Source: a virus (Duplodnaviria; Heunggongvirae; Uroviricota; Caudoviricetes). Taken from it: DNA of 64,000 nucleotides. Below are positions 41,607 to 50,928 of this stretch, in pieces. Position numbers and translations under genes: made by a program. The stretch lies in the IMG/VR virus record IMGVR_UViG_3300042895_002216; one strand, written 5' to 3'. The notes under the pieces were generated by a model. That model searched no databases. It was not told where the DNA came from and saw only the letters and a program-made list of their open reading frames with translations. Each line of letters starts with the position of its first letter. The stretch's first letter is position 1.

Positions 41607-42152
41607 ATGAAAAAGCTAATACATATCATACTTTTTAGTTTTGCGATTAGCGCAACTGCTCAAGATTCTGAAAATAAAATCTTTTTAGAATTGGTGAATG
41701 CTCACAGAGCAAGTCACGGGCTTAGTCCAGTAGAATACTCAGCTACTCTCGACTCTGCTGTAACTCTTCATGTCAATTGGATGATACGTGCTGACACATT
41801 GGAGCACTACGAATATCCATTAACTCCAGATGGAATTTACTACACCGGCCCTCTTACCCGAATTGAAAAATTTGATCAGGACTGGAAGAAACACTTTTCA
41901 CGATATAGTTTCAGAGAAAATGTCGGTGCTCATTATAAAATCAGCAGTAATTATAACTCACTAAAATCGGTTAACGTTGATAAATCAACCGTTATTATAA
42001 TATTCAACGAATGGGTTAAATCAGCTAGTCATAATGCAGCGCTGCTCGACCCAAAAGTAACAGTAGCAGCATTCGATATAAACGGCGGCTATGATACTCA
42101 AAAGAACCGATTCTCAGCATACGCAAACTGTCTGTTTGCGGTTAAGCTATAA
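41607..42152 (+). CDS. Secreted CAP/SCP-domain protein 1
   Basis: Signal peptide; ELVNAHRASHGL...WVKSASHNAALL. Confidence 0.85.
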   Translation: MKKLIHIILFSFAISATAQDSENKIFLELVNAHRASHGLSPVEYSATLDSAVTLHVNWMIRADTLEHYEYPLTPDGIYYTGPLTRIEKFDQDWKKHFSRYSFRENVGAHYKISSNYNSLKSVNVDKSTVIIIFNEWVKSASHNAALLDPKVTVAAFDINGGYDTQKNRFSAYANCLFAVKL

Positions 42153-42153
42153 C

Positions 42154-42182
42154 AAAAAAGCCGAACTAGGTTCGGCTTTTTT
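42154..42182. terminator. Bidirectional terminator
   Basis: AAAAAAGCCGAAC tag GTTCGGCTTTTTT. Confidence 0.85.
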
Positions 42183-42198
42183 CTGGTGTAAATTAGTA

Positions 42199-43818
42199 TT
42201 AAAATATCGGGCATGCAGTAGAGCTTCCACCTTTATACATTGGTACTTTAGGTAAAGCGGTTCCGAATTGAATTCTAGGTAACTCAATTTGGAATGATTC
42301 ATCAGACCATGTAATTACTGAGTTCCATTCTCCACTAGGAGTTGCAGTTGACTTAACTGGAGTAGGTTCGGTTGATGTGATTGTATACGTTAACTGGAAG
42401 AACGCAACTGCATATCTCCATGGTCCGTAAGTTGCTTGGTACTCTGGAGTTCTTGCTCCAGGTTTACCCCACTTAGCATCAGTTTTATCTTTATCAGTCC
42501 AGTCAGGACCTCTATTCGGTTCAGCTAAATTTTTAGCATCAACGGTTGGTGCAATAGTTATTCCGTTTTCAGTAAGAGCGGCAGCTAGCGCGCTATTAAT
42601 AGACGCAAGTCTATCGTTTGCTAACGCAACGTTATTTTCCTTCTTTGAGGTTTTATCAGCTGACTTGTAAGTCGTTCCTACTTGTGAAGTACTTGCATAA
42701 CCCCAAGTTGAAACAGCTGTAATTGTACCGCCGGCTGCTTTAACTGCATCTACTGCAGATTTAACAGTTGCGGCTAATTCAGCTTGAGCAGTAGGTTGAA
42801 TAGTCACTCCATCATCTGGAAATAACTGTAAACCCTTTTGGAAAGCTGGGCTCTTAGCGTTACCGTTTGCACTTTCAGGATATGAAAAAGCCTGAACAAC
42901 TGGGGCAGCTGGTGCAGCTGGTGTTCCAGCGACAACTGTAATTTTTTCGTTCTTTGGTGCAATGTATAAATTCGTAGCAACTAAAATTGCTTTATCGAAA
43001 GTTACATTAGGATCCTTTTTACGAGCAGCATACGCTTCAGCTTTTGCTTTAAAGTTATCTAGCATAGACTTCTTTTCAGTATCGCTTAACGACATTGAGG
43101 CTATCCAGTATTGACTGACTGTTGCTTTATTGGTTCTCTGTGCAATCAGGAATTTAGCAGAAGTTAAAGGATCTACCATTAATTCCTTGCTTGCATTAGT
43201 ATTTAATCGGTAAGCAGTTAGTGCTTTCTTAAGAGTATCCATGACCTGAGGCTTGGCTAGTTCAGCAATCACATCAATTTTTTTACCGCCAGTATCGAAT
43301 ACTCCATCAGTTAGAGCACCTGGTATAATTGAACCGAATAGAGCTGATGTTCTTAATTCGAAACCTTCAGTCTTTGCAGTCTTTAATAAGTCAACCGCTT
43401 GTTTAAGTTGAGCTAGCTTTTCTGGAGTTACCCCAGCCTTTGCACCGTTTGCAATAATTGAATCTGCTACTTTATAAAACATATCTGCTCTAGGAGCTGC
43501 ACCCTTAACCGTACCGCCGCCTGTCCAGTAATATATCGATTTTAGGGAACGTAATCTGTCAGTTTTAGCAGATGAACTCTTTTTAAGAAGCGATTTGAAT
43601 AAGTTGAGGTCGCCCTCTCCGTTTTTCCACCATTGCATTACAGATTCGTAAGCTGGGTGAGCTTTTATTTCAGCAGAGTCTGCTGCCATTGCTGCATTTA
43701 CTAAACCTGCACGATCGCCAGCTTTGTAAAGAGCACCAATATCAGTTCCTTCAGCTTCTGCGATTAACAAGTTTTCGTTTAACCAGCTAGAGTAGCCTTT
43801 AATAATTGAATGTTTCAT
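42199..43818 (-). CDS. Putative internal virion protein with OmpA-like C-terminal fold
   Basis: MKHSIIKGYSSWLNEN; GYAS...NNVALANDRLASI motif. Confidence 0.65.
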   Translation of the reverse strand: MKHSIIKGYSSWLNENLLIAEAEGTDIGALYKAGDRAGLVNAAMAADSAEIKAHPAYESVMQWWKNGEGDLNLFKSLLKKSSSAKTDRLRSLKSIYYWTGGGTVKGAAPRADMFYKVADSIIANGAKAGVTPEKLAQLKQAVDLLKTAKTEGFELRTSALFGSIIPGALTDGVFDTGGKKIDVIAELAKPQVMDTLKKALTAYRLNTNASKELMVDPLTSAKFLIAQRTNKATVSQYWIASMSLSDTEKKSMLDNFKAKAEAYAARKKDPNVTFDKAILVATNLYIAPKNEKITVVAGTPAAPAAPVVQAFSYPESANGNAKSPAFQKGLQLFPDDGVTIQPTAQAELAATVKSAVDAVKAAGGTITAVSTWGYASTSQVGTTYKSADKTSKKENNVALANDRLASINSALAAALTENGITIAPTVDAKNLAEPNRGPDWTDKDKTDAKWGKPGARTPEYQATYGPWRYAVAFFQLTYTITSTEPTPVKSTATPSGEWNSVITWSDESFQIELPRIQFGTALPKVPMYKGGSSTACPIF

Positions 43819-43825
43819 TAACTAT

Positions 43826-43881
43826 GTCTATTTTTATTTTGTACTAGGTTATTTATTCGAGTTTTTAGGTATAATAACTAT
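43826..43881. promoter_or_regulatory. Back-to-back late (-) / middle (+) promoter cassette, copy 2
   Basis: tactaggTTATTTATtcgagttttAGGTATAATaactata; near-identical to copy 1. Confidence 0.7.
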
Positions 43882-43903
43882 ATAACCAAGTAATAAACAA
43901 GCC

Positions 43904-44407
43904 ATGAAAAAATTAGCAATCCTATTCGCAATCCTAATCTCAATCTCTGCCCAAGCGCAACAAGTTAGATCTAGTAGATTAGACTCTTTGATCTGGCAAG
44001 AAATTAACGTGTACCGTTTGGGCTTGGGTGGTTCACCAGTAACCAAATTCAATAATGGTGCTTTACGTAAAAGAAGTTATCAGTTAACTAATCTTAATGC
44101 AGGTAGACCTGAAATTGATCATACCCGTGGAGACAGTACTTTTGTTGGATATAATACTGAGTGTATCTACATGTATAAGACTAGTGGGACAACTGTTTCT
44201 AAAAAATACAGTGTGAATGCTTTAACTGATGAGGTATTGCAGGAAATCGCAAAAATTGTGGTACAGGCTTGGATCGATTCGCCTAATCATAATTTTAGAA
44301 TTGCAAGTAAATTTGCAGCTGAGTCAACGATTACCACAGTTATGGAATTTGGCAAAGACTCATTTAGAGTAACTGCATCTTACCATGCACTAGATAAAAA
44401 GTATTAA
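43904..44407 (+). CDS. Secreted CAP/SCP-domain protein 2
   Basis: Signal peptide; QEINVYR...AWIDSPNHN. Confidence 0.8.
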   Translation: MKKLAILFAILISISAQAQQVRSSRLDSLIWQEINVYRLGLGGSPVTKFNNGALRKRSYQLTNLNAGRPEIDHTRGDSTFVGYNTECIYMYKTSGTTVSKKYSVNALTDEVLQEIAKIVVQAWIDSPNHNFRIASKFAAESTITTVMEFGKDSFRVTASYHALDKKY

Positions 44408-44478
44408 GTAAAACACTAATCAAATAAAAAAGGGACTGATATTTCTATCGGTCCCTTTGTGTATTAAGTTTAAACTTA

Positions 44479-45732
44479 TTATTTAGCGGCTGCTGCAGTT
44501 AAAGTAAGTTTCAATTCAAAGAATTGAGCTTTTCCTCTAACGTTAGTAGTTGCATTTCCAGTTGAAACAGCAGTAGTCTTAGTAGTTTCTACAGCTTTAG
44601 GCTTAACTGCATTTTTTTCAATGTTTAGGTCAACGAAACGGTCAGCTGCATTTGCAGGTTGACCACTTGCACCGATTGACCATGCAACTTCGTATGCATC
44701 AAAACCTGGATGTCCTTTTGCTTTAAGTCCAGAGTTAAGAGCATTCATGAAAGCAACACCACGACGGTAAGCAAGATCTTGATTTTTAGTTGCATCATCC
44801 TTTGGAGTTACTGCACCAGTTCCGTCAGCCTTAGGCATTTGTTTACCGTTCCATTCAGTACTTGCACCAGAAGTTAAAGTAAATTTATCAGGGCGTGATC
44901 CTGCTGGGAATTTAGCTAAACATAACTCTACTGCTTTTGCAACCTCAGCTTGAATAGCTGGAGTAACTTGGTCAGAACCAGCTGCGAATTCTGCAGCGAA
45001 TTTGCCAGTAACTGCATCGGAACCTCCAGTTTGAGCAACGTCTACTTTAAGATCCTTACCTGCAGCAAGGTCGCCAAGTAATTGTTGAGTGTACAAATAT
45101 AGATTGTCAGCGTCTACTACTGGAGTAGTTGTAATATCTAGGTAACCGTCTTCTCCCATTCTTTGGCTCAAGATGAATTGACCTTGACCCATTTCAAATG
45201 CATTTTGGTTATATGCGTTAACAAATCCCAACAACATACCTGTACTAGAGGTTGCTTTACTCCAACGTGGATCAGTATCAATTTCCAGTGAATTAATCCC
45301 AATTCGACCCTGAGTCATGATTCTACCTGTACCGTCAGCTCCAGGATTGTAGTCCACCGTTGTTTTGCTGTAGGCAATTTTTGATTGACCTGCAATCAAA
45401 CTATCAAGAGTAGCGGTAACTACTTCGTCTAGGCTCTTACCGCCAAAGATTCCCAAGAAACCTTTTTTAGCCGTTTGGCCGTGTTTAGCAAGGCTTCCCA
45501 AAATTTCTTGATGAGCCTCTTTCTTTTTAATGTTTTGGATGTTAGACTTTGCAACCTCTTGCGTGAATAGTCTAAATTGTGCTCCAGCTTGACTTGCGAT
45601 GTACTGATCGTATTTTGCCTCGTCAATGCTAAAGTCATCAGTACTGAGAGTAACTGAATCGATTGACCAGTTTTCGTTTATAGCGTTTAGGTTTTCGTTT
45701 AACCATTGGCTATAGCCTTTAATTAAGTTCAT
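44479..45732 (-). CDS. Putative internal virion protein with OmpA-like C-terminal fold
   Basis: MNLIKGYSQWLNEN; FAAGSD...SGAS...NQDLAYRRG motif; late promoter at 45754. Confidence 0.65.
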   Translation of the reverse strand: MNLIKGYSQWLNENLNAINENWSIDSVTLSTDDFSIDEAKYDQYIASQAGAQFRLFTQEVAKSNIQNIKKKEAHQEILGSLAKHGQTAKKGFLGIFGGKSLDEVVTATLDSLIAGQSKIAYSKTTVDYNPGADGTGRIMTQGRIGINSLEIDTDPRWSKATSSTGMLLGFVNAYNQNAFEMGQGQFILSQRMGEDGYLDITTTPVVDADNLYLYTQQLLGDLAAGKDLKVDVAQTGGSDAVTGKFAAEFAAGSDQVTPAIQAEVAKAVELCLAKFPAGSRPDKFTLTSGASTEWNGKQMPKADGTGAVTPKDDATKNQDLAYRRGVAFMNALNSGLKAKGHPGFDAYEVAWSIGASGQPANAADRFVDLNIEKNAVKPKAVETTKTTAVSTGNATTNVRGKAQFFELKLTLTAAAAK

Positions 45733-45997
45733 AGTATACTAAAATATTTTAAGTTATTTATCTTGAGCAGGTTCCCATTTTTTTATTACCTGAACAGCTT
45801 TCCGACTGATTAGGCGACCGTCTCACCGGTACATAATAGTCACGGGTCTTCCGCAGCTTCACAGAGGTCTCCACGTCGCGGCCCCGCCTAGGGGGTTTTT
45901 GCGGCGGTGCAGGCACGCCCAATCTTTTTCAGGCCGGGCGACCAATTGCCGGGATTCTTTGGTACCTTAACCTTAAATCAAAAATAATTTGTTTAAC

Positions 45998-46378
45998 ATG
46001 AGAAAATCAAAAGCAACCGCAGCTACCAAGGTATCTGCACCAGCGGTAAAGGCCGCAACTCCTTCAACAACAAAGACCGCAAAAACTGCGAAGTCTAAAA
46101 AATCTACTGGGTCTACTGTTTCAGCGGTAACCGTAACAGCTACCGTTTCAACGGGTCGTAATGCTGGCCGTAAAGGTATGAGTTACGCAAAGTTAACTCC
46201 AGCTCAAAAGTTAGAGGTAATCTCTGCTCGCAAACGTCGTGGAGATAACTCAATGGTAGCTACGAAATTAGGGGTAGACTCTAAATTGGTAAGCGCTGTC
46301 GTAACTGGCCGTAAGTCAGACATGCGAGTTATGAATGCCCTATACAATACTGTACGTGGCCGTAAGGTAACTGCATAA
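45998..46378 (+). CDS. Basic DNA-binding protein with H1-like K/A/T tail and HTH
   Basis: KATAATKVSAPAVKAATPSTTKTAKTAKSKK tail; VATKLGVDSKLVSAVVTG HTH. Confidence 0.7.
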   Translation: MRKSKATAATKVSAPAVKAATPSTTKTAKTAKSKKSTGSTVSAVTVTATVSTGRNAGRKGMSYAKLTPAQKLEVISARKRRGDNSMVATKLGVDSKLVSAVVTGRKSDMRVMNALYNTVRGRKVTA

Positions 46379-46402
46379 CACAACACTTAGCCCAAAACAA
46401 AG

Positions 46403-46432
46403 AAAGGGGATCCTCAGAAGGGATCCCTTTTT
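46403..46432. terminator. Terminator (twin of 60053-60083)
   Basis: GGGATCC TCAGAAG GGATCCC TTTTT. Confidence 0.8.
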
Positions 46433-46546
46433 GGGGTATATAGATAACTTCATGAAAACGGTATATGTGTGGCTGGGGGTTACCCTGTGGTTCCTAGCTA
46501 TTATAGTCTACTCCGGATTGAAGAGGATAGAACGTAGAGGTTAAGG

Positions 46547-46978
46547 TTATCTTAAGAGATCCAGTCGGGGTACAGATCGCCCGCTGGGTACTTCCCGCCA
46601 GGTCTTGTCTCCCAATTCCCAAATAAGATCTACATCGTGTTCTTTAGCTAGATTCATGATAAACCCGTCAACAAACTCAACATCTCCAGGCTCGTCGGCC
46701 TTGACCATGCGAATAAGTTCAGCCGGTGGATACTCGTACCAAGAGTCCTCACCGTCAGCATTGGGAGCCGGATAGGCCTCCATGAACCAACACTTCATAA
46801 AGGTTTCTAGATTACCGGAAAAATCCTTTCGACCAATCTTTTCCCAGTCTACCCGGACTATCAGCACACGAAACCCAGGAATGGGAATCCCCAGCCTATG
46901 GAGTTCCATCTGATCGGTGTAATTCTGAGCCGACTCAGTTAGCGCAAATCCATTGAAATCGGTAATATAATTCTGCAT
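46547..46978 (-). CDS. Putative internal virion protein
   Basis: MQNYITDFNGFALTES; late promoter at 46983; minus strand (track label is wrong). Confidence 0.7.
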   Translation of the reverse strand: MQNYITDFNGFALTESAQNYTDQMELHRLGIPIPGFRVLIVRVDWEKIGRKDFSGNLETFMKCWFMEAYPAPNADGEDSWYEYPPAELIRMVKADEPGDVEFVDGFIMNLAKEHDVDLIWELGDKTWREVPSGRSVPRLDLLR

Positions 46979-46999
46979 GTGGTTATTTATACAGCCCCT

Positions 47000-47520
47000 A
47001 CCCGGGGGAGAATTTGCTCCAGGCAGAGAGTCTAGCTCGGGGAGAATTTCTAAAAAGCTATTAGGTAGACGAGGTTTCCTCGGGTAGTTTAGACCGGGAA
47101 TCCGCAGATACCAAGGACCTCGACGGAAATCGGCTGCATTGGCCAGAGCGCTATTCCCAGGCCGTGGAGAAATCAGAAGAAAGTAAAGTGCAGCACACCG
47201 CCTCCTGGAGTACTTTTTTTATGTCAGCAAGGTCACTCCTGGAGCACTTATTCAGCTGCCCGGTACCACTCCTGGAGTCACCTGGGTACTGCTCCTGGAG
47301 TCACCTGGCCGGTGACCCTGGCCGGCTCCTGGGGGCTGTCCTGGCCGGTACTATTCAGCCGGTACTGGACCGGTCCGGCTACTGATCTGGTCCGGACTCC
47401 GGCAGATCTTAGCTAGTTCGGATCCAGCTGGCCGGGTCTAGAGCAGGCTAGTCGTTATTCCGCCCGGCCAAAAGTTGTTAGACCCCGCCGAAAGTTGTTA
47501 AGCCCCGCCGAAAATTAGCA
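47000..47520. repeat. GC-rich non-coding repeat zone
   Basis: 2x GGGGAGAATTT; 4x CTCCTGGAG; 9x CCTGG in 47204-47344; three 20-bp units at 47461-47520. Confidence 0.9.
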
Positions 47521-47596
47521 ACTACCCGTCTTTCTGCTCTAGAGCTTAGAACTTTGGTCTACCGCTGTGTATAAGAAATATAATTACAGATTAGAG

Positions 47597-47908
47597 ATGA
47601 GTCAAGTTACAGAGTATTTAGTTGCGGAATTCCTAAGAATTCTAGACCGCAGCGGCCGGGACTGGCACCGTATCCAATGGGCAATACGCGGATTGGAAGC
47701 AGAGGTCCGGGCGTCAATCGCCCAGGACGATCCTTGGTCCGAGGAGTTAGAAGAGTATTTAGAGTCCAGAATCGTGGAAGCCCTGGTCCTCGCAAGAACC
47801 GAGGCAATAGGCTTAGAGGAGTTTGAATGGGCGCATGAAATAACGGCCAGGCTGGTAGAGCTTGGAATAGAACCTAAAAAAACCGAATCTGAATATGTAC
47901 AATGCTAA
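47597..47908 (+). CDS. Hypothetical protein
   Basis: Acidic helical ORF. Confidence 0.55.
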   Translation: MSQVTEYLVAEFLRILDRSGRDWHRIQWAIRGLEAEVRASIAQDDPWSEELEEYLESRIVEALVLARTEAIGLEEFEWAHEITARLVELGIEPKKTESEYVQC

Positions 47909-48092
47909 CCGACCGGATGTTATAGACCAAGAGATAATTCTCGAGCTTAACGGGCCGGGTCTAATTGACTGGACCGGAATACAGGCCAGACTCCTGGACA
48001 AGAAGATAAATGTAGAACGCGGACTTCTGCATAGACGTTGCAAAGAGCTGTTACGCTCTAGAGCCAGGGAACCTTGGCTATGGAGAGAGTAA
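47895..48092 (+). CDS. Hypothetical protein
   Basis: Overlaps the upstream stop. Confidence 0.5.
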   Translation: MYNANRPDVIDQEIILELNGPGLIDWTGIQARLLDKKINVERGLLHRRCKELLRSRAREPWLWRE

Positions 48093-48129
48093 GATATAAT
48101 ATTATTAAACAAAAATAACCCATAGGATT

Positions 48130-48348
48130 ATGAATTCAAAAAGAACAGAACAGATTGCAACTATACTTGGAGCTCTAGCGATTGGCTTGCTGGCTTCTAT
48201 CGTTGTTGCTTTTCCAGTAAAATGGTTGTGGAACTGGTTGGTACCCGAAATTTTTGGTGCTAAACCAATTAGCGCAGTGCAGGCTTGGGGTCTAGTATTC
48301 CTTGCCCATCTTATTTTTCCAAAGACCAAGTTAGAGTCTAAGAAATAA
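48130..48348 (+). CDS. Small two-TM membrane protein
   Basis: WLWNWLVPEIFG..PIS..QAWGL motif. Confidence 0.7.
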   Translation: MNSKRTEQIATILGALAIGLLASIVVAFPVKWLWNWLVPEIFGAKPISAVQAWGLVFLAHLIFPKTKLESKK

Positions 48349-48392
48349 GAGTAAATCTTTTTAAAAAATAATAGACCCTGGATTTTTTAGAT

Positions 48393-49004
48393 TCAGGGTT
48401 TTTTATTTAGGGTCTGCTCGCTTGAAGCCTGCACAGTTAAGCATTTACCCAATGTATTAGATGTTATTGGACCGTAGTGCATAATGCCAATCGCTAGCGC
48501 TGAAGTCGAAGACGGCTTGGCCGGAACCAGATAAGCAATCACTCCGCCGGTAGTCATTTCCCAAGTAAAACCAAAATTAGAGTTTGGGTTCCATGCGGTT
48601 GAGGTTGAAATCCTAAAAATTCCAACCTCTACTCCAGCTCCAGCCGGTATGGTGGGCGCGGTCTCGTTGGTAAAGATATTAGTTGCGGAAGAGAAATTTA
48701 ACTTTCGCTGGCCTGAAATATAGGGCAAGTTAGCAGTTACTCTAGGCCAGCCCAACCAGGACCGGTCAATATTATTATTCAGTGCTTTCCATGTTATAGT
48801 TCCAGTTGTTATCTTTGGGGAATGAACTCCTCGAATAATCAACGCGTTAAATTTAACGGTTGTCGTATTGGTATTTGTTAATCTAATCAGGAAGTCTGCC
48901 GTGTTTTCAGTTGAGGCTAACCATTCCATGTCTAGTCTGATTGAGACGGTTGGCGCGATGCTAGTTAACTCTTGTAATCTTTGGGTCTTTTTGTCTATAC
49001 TCAT
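48393..49004 (-). CDS. Beta-sandwich hypothetical protein
   Basis: 203 aa. Confidence 0.65.
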   Translation of the reverse strand: MSIDKKTQRLQELTSIAPTVSIRLDMEWLASTENTADFLIRLTNTNTTTVKFNALIIRGVHSPKITTGTITWKALNNNIDRSWLGWPRVTANLPYISGQRKLNFSSATNIFTNETAPTIPAGAGVEVGIFRISTSTAWNPNSNFGFTWEMTTGGVIAYLVPAKPSSTSALAIGIMHYGPITSNTLGKCLTVQASSEQTLNKKP

Positions 49005-49163
49005 TGTTTTTATTATTTTTTAAATTTGAGCTAGACGTTTCAACAACGGTTATACTTTTATATATTACCGGTTAATAACTCTACTGAAAATAATTCACAA
49101 AAAGTTTTTGGGTCTCAAAGATTAGTATTATATTTACAGTATAACCAATTAAACTACAGTACT

Positions 49164-49391
49164 ATGGGCAATGAAGTAATCGCAAAAGACAAGCAGGACT
49201 GGTGGAGACTTGTAAGACAGGATCTAGCCCAGTGGAATCTAAAAAACCACAATGAAGATAACCTAAGTATTCAAGATTGGATAGGCGAGGTGGGTCCGAA
49301 GATCCACGGAGGTATTGCGTTTAGAGACAGATACGGAGATTGGGATGTATCCCTTTCGGACCATGATGAAGATGAAGAAGACTCTTGGTAA
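49164..49391 (+). CDS. Early protein, W/D-rich
   Basis: Follows a promoter cassette. Confidence 0.65.
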   Translation: MGNEVIAKDKQDWWRLVRQDLAQWNLKNHNEDNLSIQDWIGEVGPKIHGGIAFRDRYGDWDVSLSDHDEDEEDSW

Positions 49392-49492
49392 TTGTTAATA
49401 ACTTCTGAAAAATAAATCACAAAAAGTTTTTTAGTCTCAAAAGTTCTTGTTATATTTACTTTATAAATCAAACCAATTAAAAACAAAACATT

Positions 49493-49633
49493 ATGAAAAA
49501 GGGAATTATCTTAGAAGGAGTTATGATGGTATGGGCGTTCACGCTAATGGCAATGGTCGTAGTAGGAATTGGATACGCAGCATTTAATGTCTTAACTGGA
49601 AACGTACACGGAACTGCAAGTTTTGAATTTTAA
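49493..49633 (+). CDS. 46 aa early membrane peptide (not in track)
   Basis: MKKGIILEGVMMVWAFTLMAMVVVGIGY...; follows a cassette. Confidence 0.65.
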   Translation: MKKGIILEGVMMVWAFTLMAMVVVGIGYAAFNVLTGNVHGTASFEF

Positions 49634-49651
49634 CCCGTAAAATCTAGCGAC

Positions 49652-49828
49652 ATGACAGACAGACAAAAAGCAGTAGCCAGCCTTGAAAATCTTAGAGCAC
49701 AAGGAATTCAAGAATCAGCGATACTCGATTTCATTATTAACGATTACCTAACCGGTTCAGAAGCAAGAGCCACGTTAGTAGCAGCAGAGTTAGAGTTACT
49801 TCCATTTACTGGATTCGAAGAAGATTAA
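49652..49828 (+). CDS. 58 aa early protein (not in track)
   Basis: MTDRQKAVASLENL... Confidence 0.6.
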   Translation: MTDRQKAVASLENLRAQGIQESAILDFIINDYLTGSEARATLVAAELELLPFTGFEED

Positions 49829-49896
49829 CCATTACTGAAGAACTGATGTACTGGGCCGAGAGATCGGCCCTTTCTTTTTTTGGTAAGATATACTTT

Positions 49897-50844
49897 ATGA
49901 AGAAGATAGATTCAAAGAATATAGTTAGAACAGTTGCTGATAACCGCGAAAGCTTTAACCGGTATTTGCAGGAAATCCGCCGGACTCCGGTTCTCTCGAG
50001 CGAGGAAGAGATAGCATTGTTTAGGCGGTTTAAAGCTGGAGACCCGACCGCGGAACAGCGGATTATAAAAGCGAATCTGCTTTTTGTAATTACGGTTGCC
50101 AAACAGTATTCAAGCCTAGTCAACAAGACCAGCCTAACACTGGAAGATCTGGTTTCTGAAGGTAATCTTGGTCTGGTCAAGGCGGTTCACAGGTTCGAGC
50201 CGGACCGTGGGTTTAAGTTTATATCATACGCGGTTTTTTGGATTAAACAAGCAATACTAGATTGTCTTCAACATAATGTCAAGACGGTTCGTGTTCCAAA
50301 CTCTGCCCAACTAATTGTAACTCGGGCTCTAAAAGCGGCGGAGCAGGTTGAGCACAAGACCGAGCGTAGCGCAACGTTTGAAGAAATAGCAGATATCGTA
50401 GCGGCGGATCCAGCAATGTCAGATACCAAGGTAACTGCGTCTAGAATAGCTGAGGTCTTAACCGCAACAAGTTGGGAAAAGAGTCTTAATCAAAAGATAG
50501 ACCCGGACTCGAACGAAGAATTTATAGACAGCCTTGCTTCAAGTATATCAACTGATTCAGATCTGCTTGGTCTCGAGAAAGAGTCTGTGGTTGAAGCAAT
50601 GCTCAAAACCTTGAAAGGAGATAATCGCTTGTTTATAGTAAAGCATTACGGTCTCGATGGATACCAACCGACTCCAATAAAGACAATAGCGGAAGAATTC
50701 GATTGCAGTGTCGAGACGGTTAGACAACGGATTAAATTATCTTTTAAATTATTAAAGAAGAATCAAAAAGATAAGTTAAGATATTTTAATCCTAATTTCC
50801 GAGAGTCAGCCATTGCATATACCCCGTTTGGCAGCGGTTGGTAA
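49897..50844 (+). CDS. Sigma70-family factor resembling the Bacteroidota primary sigma
   Basis: YLQEI, ANLLFVITVAKQY, DLVSEGNLGLVKAV.RFEPDRGFKFISYAVFWIKQAI and a region 4 HTH. Confidence 0.92.
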   Translation: MKKIDSKNIVRTVADNRESFNRYLQEIRRTPVLSSEEEIALFRRFKAGDPTAEQRIIKANLLFVITVAKQYSSLVNKTSLTLEDLVSEGNLGLVKAVHRFEPDRGFKFISYAVFWIKQAILDCLQHNVKTVRVPNSAQLIVTRALKAAEQVEHKTERSATFEEIADIVAADPAMSDTKVTASRIAEVLTATSWEKSLNQKIDPDSNEEFIDSLASSISTDSDLLGLEKESVVEAMLKTLKGDNRLFIVKHYGLDGYQPTPIKTIAEEFDCSVETVRQRIKLSFKLLKKNQKDKLRYFNPNFRESAIAYTPFGSGW

Positions 50845-50928
50845 ATTGTTAATAACTCTAGGATAAAATATTTTCTAGTATCAAAGATTATTATTATATT
50901 TGTATTATAACAACTAAAACCAGAAACC

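Noticed and set aside
47164-47385. ORFs in GC-rich zones and antisense shadows (e.g. 47164, 60156, 61785, 22777, 17144)
   Set aside because: They overlap repeats or better genes, lack a promoter or leader, and have implausible composition.
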